A stretch of DNA of 64,000 nt from Bispira polyomma (taxonomy: Eukaryota). How positions within the stretch are numbered: position 1 is the stretch's first letter; the number at the start of each line of letters is the position of its first letter. Position numbers and translations under genes: made by a program. A model generated the notes under the pieces. It saw nothing but the letters and a program-made list of their open reading frames with translations, did no database searches and was not told where the DNA came from. The stretch spans positions 558,001 through 622,000 of the forward strand of contig OZ287756.1 of NCBI GenBank assembly GCA_965649765.1. Direction: 5' to 3'. Shown one piece after another: positions 12,721 through 27,700 of this stretch.

Positions 12721-15700
12721 GTAAACAAGGCTTAAAGTAAACAGAGTAGATAAGTGTGAGGTACATGTTTATATTTTAGGAATGGCAAAATGTAAAATTC
12801 TACAGTGTATGAGATGTCATATTGTGAATGAAATGTCTGTTGAGTATAATATATGTGTGTGCTATGAAATGTCCGTTGAGTCTTAAAAGTCCATTAAGTA
12901 TGAAATGTCCAAAGTAAACTACATATTCACATTGTATGAAATCTCCAAAGTGTACGAGAATGTCATTAATCTACTGAAAGTCCACATTGTATCAGATGTT
13001 GTGTCTACAATGGTCCACCTCACATTGTCCAATGTCGTACCCCCCACCCTCCCCCACCAGTCTATACCATAGTACTACATCATGTGATGAGTACTCAGAA
13101 GGGAGGTATAAATGTCACTTAAGTTACAAAGCTTCACACCAGGGGCGCCCGTATGTCTTCATTTTACCTACAACACATCCGAATGGTTCCACACCAGTAT
13201 AAAAGGCCCATTTGGTGGTCAGATGTGTTTGTAATTAAAGCTGTGGTTAAGTATGTCTTTATTTTACCCACAATACCTCAGAATGGTTCAACACCAGTGT
13301 AAAAGGCCCAATTGATCGACTGGTGTGTTTGTATTTAAAGCTGTGGTTCATTATGTCTTTATATTACCCACAATACCTCAGACATTTTACAGAATCGAAC
13401 AACACCAGTGTAATTAAAAACTGATCTGTTATGTTTGTGATTAAATCTGTATAAAAGTGGGTTACAAAGGTTCCAAGGAAAGGCCATTGGAAAGCTCTCC
13501 ACAGTCAATGTCCATTTATAGGACTGATATGGTTAGATCAAGTATCATGGTATAATCAAGCAGAAACAATGTTTGGCAATAATCATGGCTATTAAAGCAG
13601 ATACAAATTAGCATTCACAAACGGTATTCACAAACGAAATAGAAAAGTCAATTGTGTGTCAGATGTTAAATGCAAAATTCATGAAATAGAACAGAATTAG
13701 ACCCATTTACTAGGAATTATAGAAAGTCCATGCATAGAAAGTTTAAAATATAAATTTATGGTGTACTGTAAGTCAGCACATAATAATAGAGATAACAAAT
13801 AATTTCTGATTCACTAAAACTAGTAGAAATTCCATACCACATATTATTGAAATAGATGCCAGTATTTTTAAGTACAGTATTGTCACTTGTGTTTATGAGA
13901 AAATCTTAAATAACTAGACTAATAACACCAACTAGAGTCATAGACTAATAACACCAACTAGAGTCATATCTTCCAATGTTTAAATGACAGGTTTGTTAGA
14001 ATTGTATATTCTCCTCATGACCCTGACTAGAACAGTGTATGGAAACCACTAAGGTGACAATAGCTAAAACTTACATTAAGCCCTTCTATACAGTACCCAC
14101 TAGCCACAACCTATAAGCCATACACTTACATAACTGTATAGCCACTAAGGTGACCTTACTTTTTCCCTCTATAAATGTGTGTGATTATAATCACATTATG
14201 GTGACATTAGATTGAGCCTTGCCTTACAGTAGACTATCTTAACCGAAAACACAATTAAGGTGACCTTAGTACAAGACTTGCACTAAGCTCTATATATACC
14301 ACCCAAATCACATTAAGGTGACCTCAGTACAAGACTTGCACTGAGCTCTATATATACCACCAAATCACATTAAGGTGACCTCAGTACAAGACTTGCACTA
14401 AGCTCTATACATACCACCAAATCACATTAAGGTGACCTCAGTACAAGACTTGCACTAAGCTCTAAATTTACCACCGAATCACATTAAAGTGACCTCAGTA
14501 CAAGACTTACACTAAGTTCTATATATACCACCAAATAACATTAAGGTGACCTCAGTACAAGACTTGCACTAAGCTCTATATATACCACCAAATCACATTA
14601 AGGTGACCCAAGCTCAAGGCTTGCCCTAAGTTCATACTCAGAGATAACCTGTATATCCCATATCAAATCACATTAAGGTGACCTTAGCTGACACCACCAT
14701 CCCCCTCTGAATTATCTCCAATAACCTTGCACCATCAAATCCCTTAGTTCTTCAAACGGTGGATTTCTTCACGGGTCAGTGAGTATCACTCCGTTCCCAA
14801 AGAAACTGATCTCATTGGCTTAACAAGCACATTGATGTGAGGCCACCCGGTGTCTCTTGGGTGTTGGTGTTTTACTGGCAACTTAATGGGATTTGGGGTC
14901 CCAAAAACTCCACTGCAGTTTGGAAGACTGTATCTGATGGTTCTGTCAGAGAATCTCTTAGAGTTCTTTGTATAGAGGTGGCCTTTGTATTGTGATATGA
15001 TCTTTATATGGAGTTAAAGTCCGTTGTAACCACCTGACTCTGTTTACTATCTGACAATAGTATGGACACTGACTCGATACCCAGTACAGTTCTATGGATA
15101 GTGGTGGCGGGTTACTGGGTGCAGTGTTTAGTCTGGTTATTAATAATCAGTTAAAAAGCATTTACCATGTTCATTGATACCACAAGCACTTTGTTTACTG
15201 TACTCCTAAATGTTAATATTTGTACTAATGTTATTGTCTGTCGCTACAAGGCACTAAGCATTAGGAAAATCAAATCTGACACGGCACATGTATCATACAA
15301 AAAGAATAACTTCGAATTATAGTTTGTAGTTGTAACGAATATACCACAGTGTTACAATTTATGGTCGACCTGTAGGTACTTATTCAAATGGGAAACAAAT
15401 ATAAACAGTTGTATACAAACTTAAATTTGTGATGTCAGATTTCGGTAAGCTTTGCAAATGATAACTGCTCCACTTCTGAAAGGCCACAATATGGTGACAA
15501 AAAAAATCAATCTGATTTTTAATGTTGGTACCTCTTTCCCTCTTTTTACTGTACCCCATGGTACACATACCACACTGTCTGTACCTATCCCTTACCCCCA
15601 CACATATCTGGTCTGTCTATATAACTAGTGTACCACACTGTCTGAACCCTTCCCTTACCTCCACACATATCTGGTCTGTCTATATAACTAGTGTACCATA

Positions 15701-18700
15701 CTGTCTGTACCCATCCCTTACTCACACATATCTGGTCTGTCTATATAACTAGTGTACCATACTGTTTGTACCCATCCCTTACCCCCATACATATCTGGTC
15801 TGTTTATATAACTAGTATACTCTGTATTTAATTAAACCCATCCATCACCTCTCTGACCTGCACCCCTCAGATGTGTCAGACTGTCCCCAGTACTAAGTGT
15901 TATTGATGACATACACAGATCACCACACATCTAACACCACATGTAATTACTACACAAACTTTGATTTATAACGTCTCTTTGAAAGTCCAGCTCTCAGTCA
16001 GTTATGTATTCTGACAGCAGACATCATCAGATAGAAGTCATTAGACCTTTGGACCCTTAATCCACAACTCTAAAATACATTGCTGTTGCAATTGCTCATA
16101 AGATGTCTCCAGAATAATTAACCTCAGGACGGCTGCTCCCCAACTTAAAAGGAAACCTAAAAGCTTTTTGTTTTAACCGTGTATCGTCCCAAGTAGAAAC
16201 CATTATCCCGCCTTCTTCAAGGTTAAAACACATTTTTCACCCAAAACCTCTTCATGTAAAGTAATTATTTCAATTGTTGTTCCTTAGAACCTCCTTCCAT
16301 CTTGATTAAGCATCAGAAAGTCTTATTACATTCAAAATGACTTTAGGTATGCTGTATTTGGAATATCATCTGTTCATACACTGTGGCCTAGTGAGTAAGA
16401 CACTCTCTGTTAGGAACACAGAGGACATGGGTTTGAAGTTTACTGGGGCTCTTTAAGGTATAAATAGATATGTAGTGGTTTAGATGGTCAATGGAAATAT
16501 TGGTCCTCTGTCATAGGATCTGTTGCTGGTTTACCATATAAAAACTTTGACAAATAGTCTCTTCTTCAATTGTCTTCAGTCAGGTAAATGACAGTTGTTG
16601 GTGCATGTTGGGCGTACTTGTAAAGTTATAATTAGTGCTTAGAGTGTTAGGCAGCATGGACATACTGTGTTTAGTGTTCAATATATAAATACAATACCAT
16701 ATACTTTTGTTCAAACATTGCATACCGTATACTTTTGTTTAAACATTGCATACCATATACTTTAGTACAGACATACAATATCATATACTTTAGTACAAAC
16801 ATACCAGGATAGTATCAGCAGACATTGAGGGATGCTCTTCACACTTGGAAGTGAGCAAGTCTTGAGATCTCTGTTCCCTGATCACTTATTCCACTCACTT
16901 ACATATATAATATAGAAGGCTTCATAAATATTTCACACACATATTTTGCCCACTTTGCCCTTATTCTAAGCTGGTCAGGTTACCATGGTGAGGAGTTAGA
17001 GATGCTCAGTGTACAGTCTCCACCCCACGTATAAGACATTTGTGATCGAATCATTGCTGAGAAAGGACCAACACATAACTTTAGGTTCCTGCCCGTCACA
17101 TTAAGACAAGCTTGCTTCAGTCAGTTTACAGCTATTGGGGTGTACATACAGATTGGCTTAGTTTAGCTTGAAACTTTTAGTATTTCTGTCAGGTTTAAAT
17201 AAATTCGGTTCATACAGGTAATATATTGTCTTAATGATGAATATTTACGGGGAAAGTAAAATTTACTTTACTTGTACCCATATGACTATTACAGATATTT
17301 AATTACTTAACAAGTTGATATTTTCACAAGGTATATCAGAGACTTAAGACAATACTTATCTTGAGGTTTAAGTAAGCTATCTTCTCACATTAAGTTGATA
17401 CTTTGACAAGGTCTACCATAACCTTAAGTACTTATCATGAAGTGTGAGTAAGCTATTGACAGACATTAGTTTGTTCAGAAAGTACTTATCTTGAGGTCTG
17501 ATTTAGTTCTCTTCAGACACTGAGTACTTACTGAGTACTTATCTTGAGGGCTGACTATGTTCAGCTATCCGCCTCTGAGTGGGAGCAGATGCCTTCCTTA
17601 CATGATTAACCTCCACTAAATTGAAGCCAGATCCTTTAATTGTATTTCCATTAGCCTCACTAGACTGCTGCACTAAGTTGGTATAAGTAGATTTCTTAAC
17701 TCACCCCCTTATTTGTAACTTAGGCAGTCACAGTCAATTGACCTTGGTCCCTATGTGACAACATGACATCAATATTTCCCACCTCCCAACACTGTACACA
17801 CACACATACAGCCATACACATACAGTAACACACATACATACAGTCACACACACACACATACAGCCACACACATACAGTCACACACATACATACAGTCACA
17901 CATACACATACAGCCACACACATACAGTCACACACACTGTGTTACACACATACAGTCACACAGATACAGTCACACACGCTGTGTTACACGCACACATAGT
18001 CACACACATACATACAGTCACACACGCTATGTTACCCACACACATGCAATCACACACATACAGCCACATGTGTGTGGGTCAGGTATGAGCAGTTAGGTGT
18101 GTTCAGGTTTGAATCTGCCGAAGTGTACATGTAGTCAGGTGTATGTATTCAGGTGCATATGTGTTCATGTTTAATTCTGTTAAGGTGTACTTGTGTTCAC
18201 CTGGATCTGCTTCTGTAATTGAAGGGTTTGTTTGGATTCTCAATAAAACCTAAGTAGTCCACTAACAGGACAAATCTCCTCACCACTAAAAGCCTTCAAC
18301 CCGGGAAAGTTCCTACAGTAAAGGGGTAGGCAAGCCTGGAATTGTAGCTTCTCAATGGGGTTCTATATCTTGTTAGGGTAGTTTGTAATCAGATGATTTG
18401 TGGGAGTTTATTCCACTCAACTGAAGACATCAACGTCAAATCCATGGCTACCAAGTATACTCATGTGAAGTGTATACTCATGTGACATCCATACTTCTGC
18501 AGTCCTGGGCTCGAATTCCTGTTCCAATATGTATTTTTATAGAAGGATTTATATAACCGCCAAATTAATATAATATCCTCTAAGACACTGGTTGTCGAAA
18601 GAGCTAGTATTTGGGGTAAGTTGGCTAATAGGTGGGGTAGTTGGCAGAAGACTTGCTGCAGGCTGGTAGTTTACAGTACCACTATTTTGACACCACTTCC

Positions 18701-21700
18701 CAGTACCAGTTTCGTATGCCAGTAGATTGCCGGTCATGATAAGATAAGGTGTTGAGTTACATTACAGGGCCCAGTGTTTGGTGAGCAGTGCAAGTTAGAT
18801 TAGTTGTATCGACTGTGTATTGTGTAGTGTATACACTCTGTACTGTGTACATTTTGTACTATGTACACACCCTTTGTACTCCATACTTTCAGGGCCAGGA
18901 GTATGCTGAGCAGTACAAGTTAGAGTACCAGAGGGAGGAGGGAGGACGCTGGTTTGTCTTCAAGAACAGACGGGGTGGTGACGTAAGTATAACAGAGATT
19001 GTATTTATAACAAGGACGAGTCATAATACATTGATCATTGTATATTTACTAATGTAAAACATGGATTTGGTTTTGTTTTCTATCTATTCCATAGTTGCAT
19101 TCATATTCATAAACTAGCATCTGTTTCTCATCAATCTTGCCAATGTTTAGTTCTCATGGACAGACATTGTGGATGTACGTGGATGTGCGAAGAATCTTCT
19201 TACAAATACGGGTGAATTCAAGTTAGAAAGAGTCAAAACTGAGAATGCCATTCTGTCCCTTTTCATGTATTCCGTCATCAAAAAGGAAGGAATCTCACTA
19301 AATAGGGACAGATTATTTGGTCTAATGCAATGACATAATAGCGGTGTGAAGACATAAAGTCAAATTGAACAAATTGTAAATATATTACAAAAAGCTTCAT
19401 TAAATCAGGGAAACATTTCGTTTTAAGAAATAGTGTGCCACCCTACCAAAGTCTTGTTTTTAATTTAAAAGTACAATTTCTAAGTGTAATAAAACCCCTA
19501 CCAAGGCAATGAGAGCGGACTTTAATTGACTTGGGTACCCATAATATTGATTCACATGTTCATTAAGCAATGGTTTGATGTTTTACACCATCAGAGATAT
19601 CTGGTTCATCGTATCCAATATCTATTAATTGTCATGATTGTTATTTTTTCTTCAGGAAGTTCAAATCTTATAGAAGCTTGTCTGAAAGCTAGTACAATAA
19701 AATTTGTAGAAAAAACAAACAACAAACAAAACCGTTCTAACTATTTATGTGGAACAGATGTAGCATGATCAAGTTTGACATTAGCTTTCCTATTTGTATA
19801 CAGCCCTCACACACAACACCTCTGCTTCCTACTTACACTGACTACCTATTGAGTTCTGTATCTAATTTAAGGTTTTTTAAAGACAGTCCATGTTCAGCAG
19901 CCAGCTTACTTATCATCTTTGTTGTCTCTGAGCAATCTCACAAGAGGAAATCTCTCCTCCTCTGTATTTTTACCCCCCAAATCATTCAAAGTTTTAGCAC
20001 CTGCTGAATGGACTAGTCTCCCTACTAGTCTTCACAATAAGATAAGGATTACAGGCTTCAGGAAAAACCTCAAAACACATCTGTATTAACTTGCTTTTCT
20101 ACCTTAACTTTTCATCTCCTTGTCACGACTGGCACAAAAGTGTTAGTTGACTGCCTTCTTAAATGGCTTTAACTTGCAAAAGTTAACTTGCATCCAAGGT
20201 ATTAGGATGCAAATGTTACCTATTTCAAGGTTTATATACAGTGTTGTCAAATATTTCTAATATATATGATCAAGCAGTTCAATGTCTATTTCAGTAGAAT
20301 ATCAATCCATTGTGTGGTTTGAAGAATGAATGTATATGCATGGATATGTACTTTCGCAAAGTTGAATTTAACCAGTCTTCAACAAAGATTTGAGCAAAAA
20401 CCAACATACATTTTAAAAGACAACTTATATCAATTTGAATGAAATTCTGCAGTATTTAGTGCTATTAATATATTTAAAGCAACTTATAGATAGAATGATG
20501 ATAAAATACTTGGTTTTAAGCCTAACTTTGAAGCCATTTCTTTTCTACTAGTGTATGCGAGTTGGCACGGTCGTGAATTGGCCTATAATCCCCTCTAAGA
20601 CTCTCCGGTCCATAACCCCCGACCCCCTCCCTACCTACCTGCCACTTCGGGACCATTTTCTGAGTCAATATTTACCTGTCATTGATTCAGAGACAAAGGA
20701 CTTTGTTTGTCAGGGGGAAACTCTGAAGTGAGCATCTAAAATCCAACAGCCACCGGAATGTGACTTTAGGATCTCACCGACAGAATCTCACCGACAGCCC
20801 CCTTTTAATGGGGCCCAGTATTTTTAACATTTTTTTTGAGAAGCGGATCCATTTTCATTTAGTTCTGTGTAGTTGTGCATCAAATAGATAGTGCATCAAG
20901 AAATGGAATTGGACTTGGTTTGTGTCTAATCCTCTGTGTAAAGCACTCACATGATTTGAATAAGGAGTTGTGTTGTTAATTTAACTCAGATCTAATGTTT
21001 TAAGTCTGATGGCTTGCATCAGATATTTTTGAAGTGTTAAACAAACCCTTTAACCAAAACGGCTGCCTATATTGAACCTGGAGGGTTGTGTTTGAGTAAT
21101 GTGTATCTGCTTTTAATGGTTTGAGGCAGGGTTAAAACAATGGAATGTAGGAATGGTAAAGACATTATTGACATCATTGACATTAGTCACATGATTACAC
21201 TGCTTTAGTATTCCCAGTTGGCTGTCCAAATACTGAACTTATATGGTGGCTCTTATATGGTAATATCAAGAAAGTATAAGTCAAATTAAGTTAGTGTATT
21301 ATCTGTTATTGACAACTCAAATCATCAGCCTTGAGCTTTGATATAGCCTGCATTCTCACATACAGGATTTGTAAAACCGACAGCCGATATGCGACAGTGA
21401 ATGGTTATCTCTTTATAAATGATATTTACGTGTTCTCATTTATACAAATGCATTTTGCAACATTTGTGGCAGCCAACAAATTCTAGATGCTAGGTGTTAG
21501 AAGTGATGATTTTATAAATATAGCATCCTGTTATCATTTATAGGAGAACAACTATATAGCATTACAGACCGTGTAGATGGGTATGTAGGCTTAGTATGCG
21601 CCATTGTGTGAATCCTTCAGTTCTCGTTGTCTAGTTCACCGTATAAATGACAAGCTTATCTTGTTACTACTACGGTTTTCTGTCCTAATGTTAATTATTA

Positions 21701-24700
21701 ATCAGACTTTGTTAACACACTCCCGTGTGATCCATTAACCAACCTTTTATCATCCCAGATAGTCTACCGTTCTAAACTAAAAGCATTCTGTAATCAAAGT
21801 CGGTTATAACATACCGTTATGCTTTTAGCAGTCATCACTGTACGGTCTTTGACAGTGTGATAGCCACTATCGCCCCCTCTTCCCGCTTCTCTGATACGCT
21901 GGGTCAACATGACCTGGTACCCAGGTGGAAACAGCCCAAGAAAGCTCAAAGCAGCAGGATCGTGATAAAATCTAGTCATATGTCCCACCACAATCTGCGG
22001 AGCAGAGGCCCTTTAAAGGGGGAAATCTCATTATACCAGATTCTGACTGTTTCCTAGGCCAAGTAGTGTCTACTGTGCATTATGTGAACATTATTCATTA
22101 GGTCAGATCTTGTTTGGCCTCCACAGTAATTATTATATTTGGTTATACATTCAATCATATGCTGATGATCTGTCAGTTTATTCCAATTTTAGGTCTCCTC
22201 CGGTCGAGGTATGTGTAGAAGGGTTCACTACACAATTCACTGTTCTCTCATACTCACCTATGTGGGCTCACATTCTGTTGGTTCTTTCACATGGGGACAT
22301 TTGTTTGTCGTGATATGGCTTAAGGTGTGTTTAACTACCTGCCAGTGTGGAATCTAGTGGCTAACATACCGGCCTATTGACCTATACCTAGCCTGGACAT
22401 TAATGGTACAGGTGGATAATCCTAATCATTGTAGTACTTTTATAGCGCTTCGTCTCTGAAAATAACTGGATTCTAAGGATCTAGACGATGATAATAGCTT
22501 CTGTATCCGATATACTGGCGTAGGTGCACACCATGGCGACACTGGGAAGCTAAACCATCTAAGGTGAAAAAGCCTTGCTGGCCTAACAGGTTTGGAGCTT
22601 TTGTCTGAAACAGGCTAGAGAGGTGGCAGAGTGAATTTCTTGAGGCAACTCATTCCACACCTTAGGCGCATGATAAGCAAAACTATGGTTGACTTTTCTC
22701 ACATCATATAAGTAGATGACCACCTATAATGGCTGTCCTCTGTCACTGAGTCATTTCTCCAGTGGTAAGTCCGAGAACCTAGTCATCTTGATCATGTCGT
22801 CTCTCTCTACCTCCGTGTGTCCAGTCTACACAATATAGCTGATACAGATCCCCTCTGAAGACTAACCACTTCTTAGTGAGTGATGTAAAACCTGAACACA
22901 TTGGTCCAATTCTGTACCCTCAGGGTTTAGTGTTTTATATTGGTTATCTCAGATGTCTTCTCAGGATCAGTATCGTCAGGTTGACGTGTCTGTCTTGTTA
23001 TGTTGTCTCTAAACCTTACTAGAATAAAACCCAGTAGAGCACATACCTCTGCCAAAGTGGTCTCCAAAGATATATGGAAATCGATTGGAGTAGTTGTATA
23101 AATACTGGTGACAAACAAAAGGACACTGTTAAATATAGAAAGGGTTTGCTGTGATTAGTTTGCTTGTGAATTAGTTATACAACACAGAAGTAATTCATCA
23201 CCACCTGTCTCACTTAATACCTCTGTTGTGAGGTCCTTATTACACAGTCCACATCTGTAGTGGACTGATGGTGTAGAGGAACTTCAAACAATAACAATAC
23301 CAAAGAAAAACTCAGCCCCTCAAAAAAAAACCTCATGAGTCATTGGAAAAAGCAATTACATGTCAGATCAGTTGTACAGAGATGGATTGAGACTGAAGTG
23401 ACTGGCTACTGGTGCTTATGTGGCTAACATAACATTTAGTTATCATCAATTACCCACCACTAGCCAGGGGGTATGTGTAGTGGGAGACTGGGTAACCGTG
23501 GGTAACTCACCGGCTGTAAGATTAGACTAAAACAGATCTCCTGATATTGTGTTGTTATGGTTAAATAGCAACACAAAGCCATGAAATTTGGGAGCATGGT
23601 GAAGCTATTACTTGCCATGTGTACATATAACGTCATATGGTGTGGGCTACCACATATGGACATATCTCACAAATCATATCTATCTAAAGCTCTATTGGTA
23701 TATAATGTCCAGTGTGGGGCCACCATACATATATAAAGCCATAGCTTGAGGTCACTATGTGTATATAAAGCCATAACGTGAGGTCACCATGTGTATATAA
23801 AGCCATAACTTGAGGCCACCATGTGTATATAAAGCCATAACTTGAGGCCACCATGTGTATATAAAGCCATAACTTGAGGCCACCATGTTTATATAAAGCC
23901 ATAGCTTGAGGCCACCATGTGTATATAAAGCCATAACTTGAGGCCACCATGTGTATGTAAAGCCATAGCTTGAGGCCACCATGTGTATATAAAGCCATAA
24001 CTTGAGGCCACCATGTGTATATAAAGCCATAACTTGAGGTCACCATGTGTATATAAAGCCATAACTTGAGGTCACCATGTGTATATAAAGCCATAGCTTG
24101 AGGCCACCATGTGTATATAAAGCCATAACTTGAGGCCACCATGTTTATATAAAGCCATAACTTGAGGCCACCATGTGTATATAAAGTCATAACCTGATGC
24201 CACCATGTGTATATAAAGCCATAGCTTGAGGTCACCATGTGTATATAAAGCCATAGCTTGAGGTCACCATGTGTATATAAAGCTAAATGTGGGGTCACCA
24301 TGTGTATATAAAGCCATAGCTTGAGGTCACCATGTGTATATAAAGCCATAACTTGAGGCCACCATGTGTATATAAAGCCATAGCTTGAGGTCACCATGTG
24401 TATATAAAGCCATAACTTGAGGCCACCATGTGTATATAAAGCCATAGCTTGAGGTCACCATATGTATATAAAGCCATAACTTGAGGTCACCATGTGTATA
24501 TAAAGTCATAGCTTGACGCCACCATGTGCATATAAAGCCATAGCTTGAGGTCACCATATGTATATAAAGCCATAACTTGAGGTAACCATGTGTATATAAA
24601 GTCATAGCTTGAGGTCACCATGTGTATATAAAGCCATAACTTGAGGTCACCATGTGTATATAAAGCCATAGCTTGAGGTCACCATGTGTATATAAAGCCA

Positions 24701-27700
24701 TAGCTTGAGGCCACCATGTGTATATAAAGCCATAGCTTGAGGTCACCATATGTATATAAAGCCATAACTTGAGGTCACCATGTGTATATAAAGCCATAGC
24801 TTGAGGTCACCATATGTATATAAAGCCATAACTTGAGGTCACCATGTGTATATAAAGTCATAGCTTGAGGCCACCATGTGTATATAAAGCCATAGCTTGA
24901 GGTCACCATATGTATATAAAGCCATAACTTGAGGTCACCATGTGTATATAAAGTCATAGCTTGAGGTCACCATGTGTATATAAAGCCATAGCTTGAAGTC
25001 ACCATGTGTATATAAAGCCATAACTTGAGGTCACCATGTGTATATAAAGCCATAGCTTGAGGTCACCATGTGTATATAAAGCCATAACTTGAGGTCACCA
25101 TGTGTATATAAAGCTAAATGTGGGGTCACCATGTATATATAAAGCCATAGCTTGAGGCCACCATGTGTATAACAAGCCCTATATGTAAAGTGCTATTTGG
25201 ACTTAAAGTCCTGTTTGTGTGATACACATTGTTTAAAACAGATGTCTGTTTTTAAAAAAAAAACCTGTTTTTCTGAAAAACAGAAGTTTCTTTTTTGAAA
25301 GAATGTACTGTTTGTCAACCATTGTGTCAAAGTGTTAGTAAGTACCTTATTCCACTAAATGCTTCCCAGTACATGATCACAAACTGATATACAAAATTTG
25401 TGATTTTCACTCTGCTTCATTGCTTCACAGCTATCAATTAATTCATGATGTTATATTATCGAAAAATGTGTGATGTTTTAATAAATTACTGTCCTGTGGC
25501 TTCACAGCTATCAACTATATTATCCAAATTGTACAATGTTTTATTAAATTACTGTGCTTCAATTGTTTTGTAGCTATCAACTAATTCATTATCTCATCTA
25601 TTCAAATTCTGAGGGTTATGGCCTCTTATGGCAATGGTCATATTTCATCTCCAACATCAAACAAAAAAAAAATTGGTACAACTTTAGCCCTATCCAAAAT
25701 ATATTTTGGGTTATAAAACGTTTTCCTGACAAGTTCCTAAATTTGTTATATGGAACATGTTTATAGTTATAGAGGGTCCACTAAAACCACTTCTAGTGTT
25801 CCTTTTCTACTTGTCAAATCAGTACATTTTTATTAATAAAATTAATTAATAAAGAGGTTAATATAATAGACAGTTATATTGGTACCAGATTACATTCAGT
25901 TAGTTTTAAATTTGTATTACATTTATTCATCAAAATCATAAAATGATATTAACATATAATCCCATCACCATACTTTTATGGGATGTCTGTTCATACAACA
26001 TTTAAATAGCGCTTTATATATATTATGCTAAAGCGCTTCCTCATGGGCAGACACTGTGGGCCCCGAGGTGCTTGAGGATGACCATTTATCAACATCCCCA
26101 AGGATTTTTAATCTGCCACTGGAGATATTACTCAGTGACAGAGGACCGCCATTTTAAGTGTCATCCGAACCATCTTTTAATGAGTTCATTTAAAAATTCT
26201 GGACTTTGAATAATGAGTAAATAATATAGGTTTCAGCAGTTTAATTCAGAGAATTGCCTCGAATCAGGAGTCTCTTTAAATTAATGGTCCTCGTCTTCAG
26301 CTTGGACAATTAATTTTAAAGGCACTCCTGATTTAGACATTTCTCTTATAAATCAAACCCCCTTTTGGGCGTTTCAATCTGCATTTAAAGTCCCATTAAT
26401 TTGGAGGCATAAATGTTAAGAAAGCCACACTATCTGACCTATAATATTTACATATTGCCACACATTCGGGCCTTTAATGTTTAAATATTGCCCCACTATC
26501 TGGACTATAATGTTTACATATTGCCCCACTAAATGGACTATATTGTTTACATATTGCCCTAATATATGGACTATAATGTTTACATATTGCCCTTATATAT
26601 TGACTATAATGTTTACATATTGCCCCAATATATAGACTATAATTTTTAAATATTGCCCTAATATATAGACTATAATGTTTACATATTGCCCTAATATATA
26701 GACTATAATTTTTACATATTGCCCCACTGTCTGGACTATAATATTTACATAATACCCCAATATATGAACTATAATATTTACATAATACCCCGCTATATGG
26801 ACTATAATTTTTACATATTGCCCCAATATATGGACCATAATGTTTACATATTACCCAAATATATAGACTATAATGTTTACATATTACCCCAATATATAGA
26901 CTATACTGTTTACATATTGCCCTAATATATAGACTATAATGTTTACATATTGCCCCACTATATGGACTATAATGTTTACATAATACCCCAATATATGGAC
27001 TATAATGTTCACATATTGCTCTAATATATAGACTATAATGTTTACATATTACCCCAATATATGAACTATAATGTTTACATATTGCCCTAATATATAGACT
27101 ATACTGTTTACATATTGCCCTCATATATAGACTATAATATTTACATATTGCCCCACTATATGGACTATAATGTTCACATATTGCTCCAATATATAGACTA
27201 TAATGTTTACATATTACCCCAATATATGAACTATAATGTTTACATATTACCCCAATATATGGACTATAATGTTCACATATTGCTCTAATATATAGACTAT
27301 AATGTTTACATATTGCCCCACTATCTGGACTATAATGTTTACATATTGCCCCACTATCTGGACTATAATGTTTACATATTACCCCAATATCCCACGTTTA
27401 CCATGTGTTCTATGGCTCCATAAAGCACCATTAGCCAGACTGCTGTTGACTAACTTAACTGCACCTATATCAACTCGCTCTCATTATTATGGCTGTAATA
27501 ACAACATAAAGCATCTATTATTAACGGCCACTACTTTTTTCAAGCATTTACCTAACACGGAGAATTATGATGCCAATCCCTGGGTATAGATAAAATCCAC
27601 TTAGGGATTTGTGTGCACCTTTACTCTGTCATAAAGTATTAGTTTTAAAGGCCCCAAACCATTAGTGGCTGGCTGCTGCTACCGTCGTCTGCACAAAATA

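Noticed and set aside
23684-27124. Long periodic ORFs (MALYTHG..., AICKHYS...)
   Set aside because: By-products of the 32-bp and 33-bp minisatellites inside a Ddr intron
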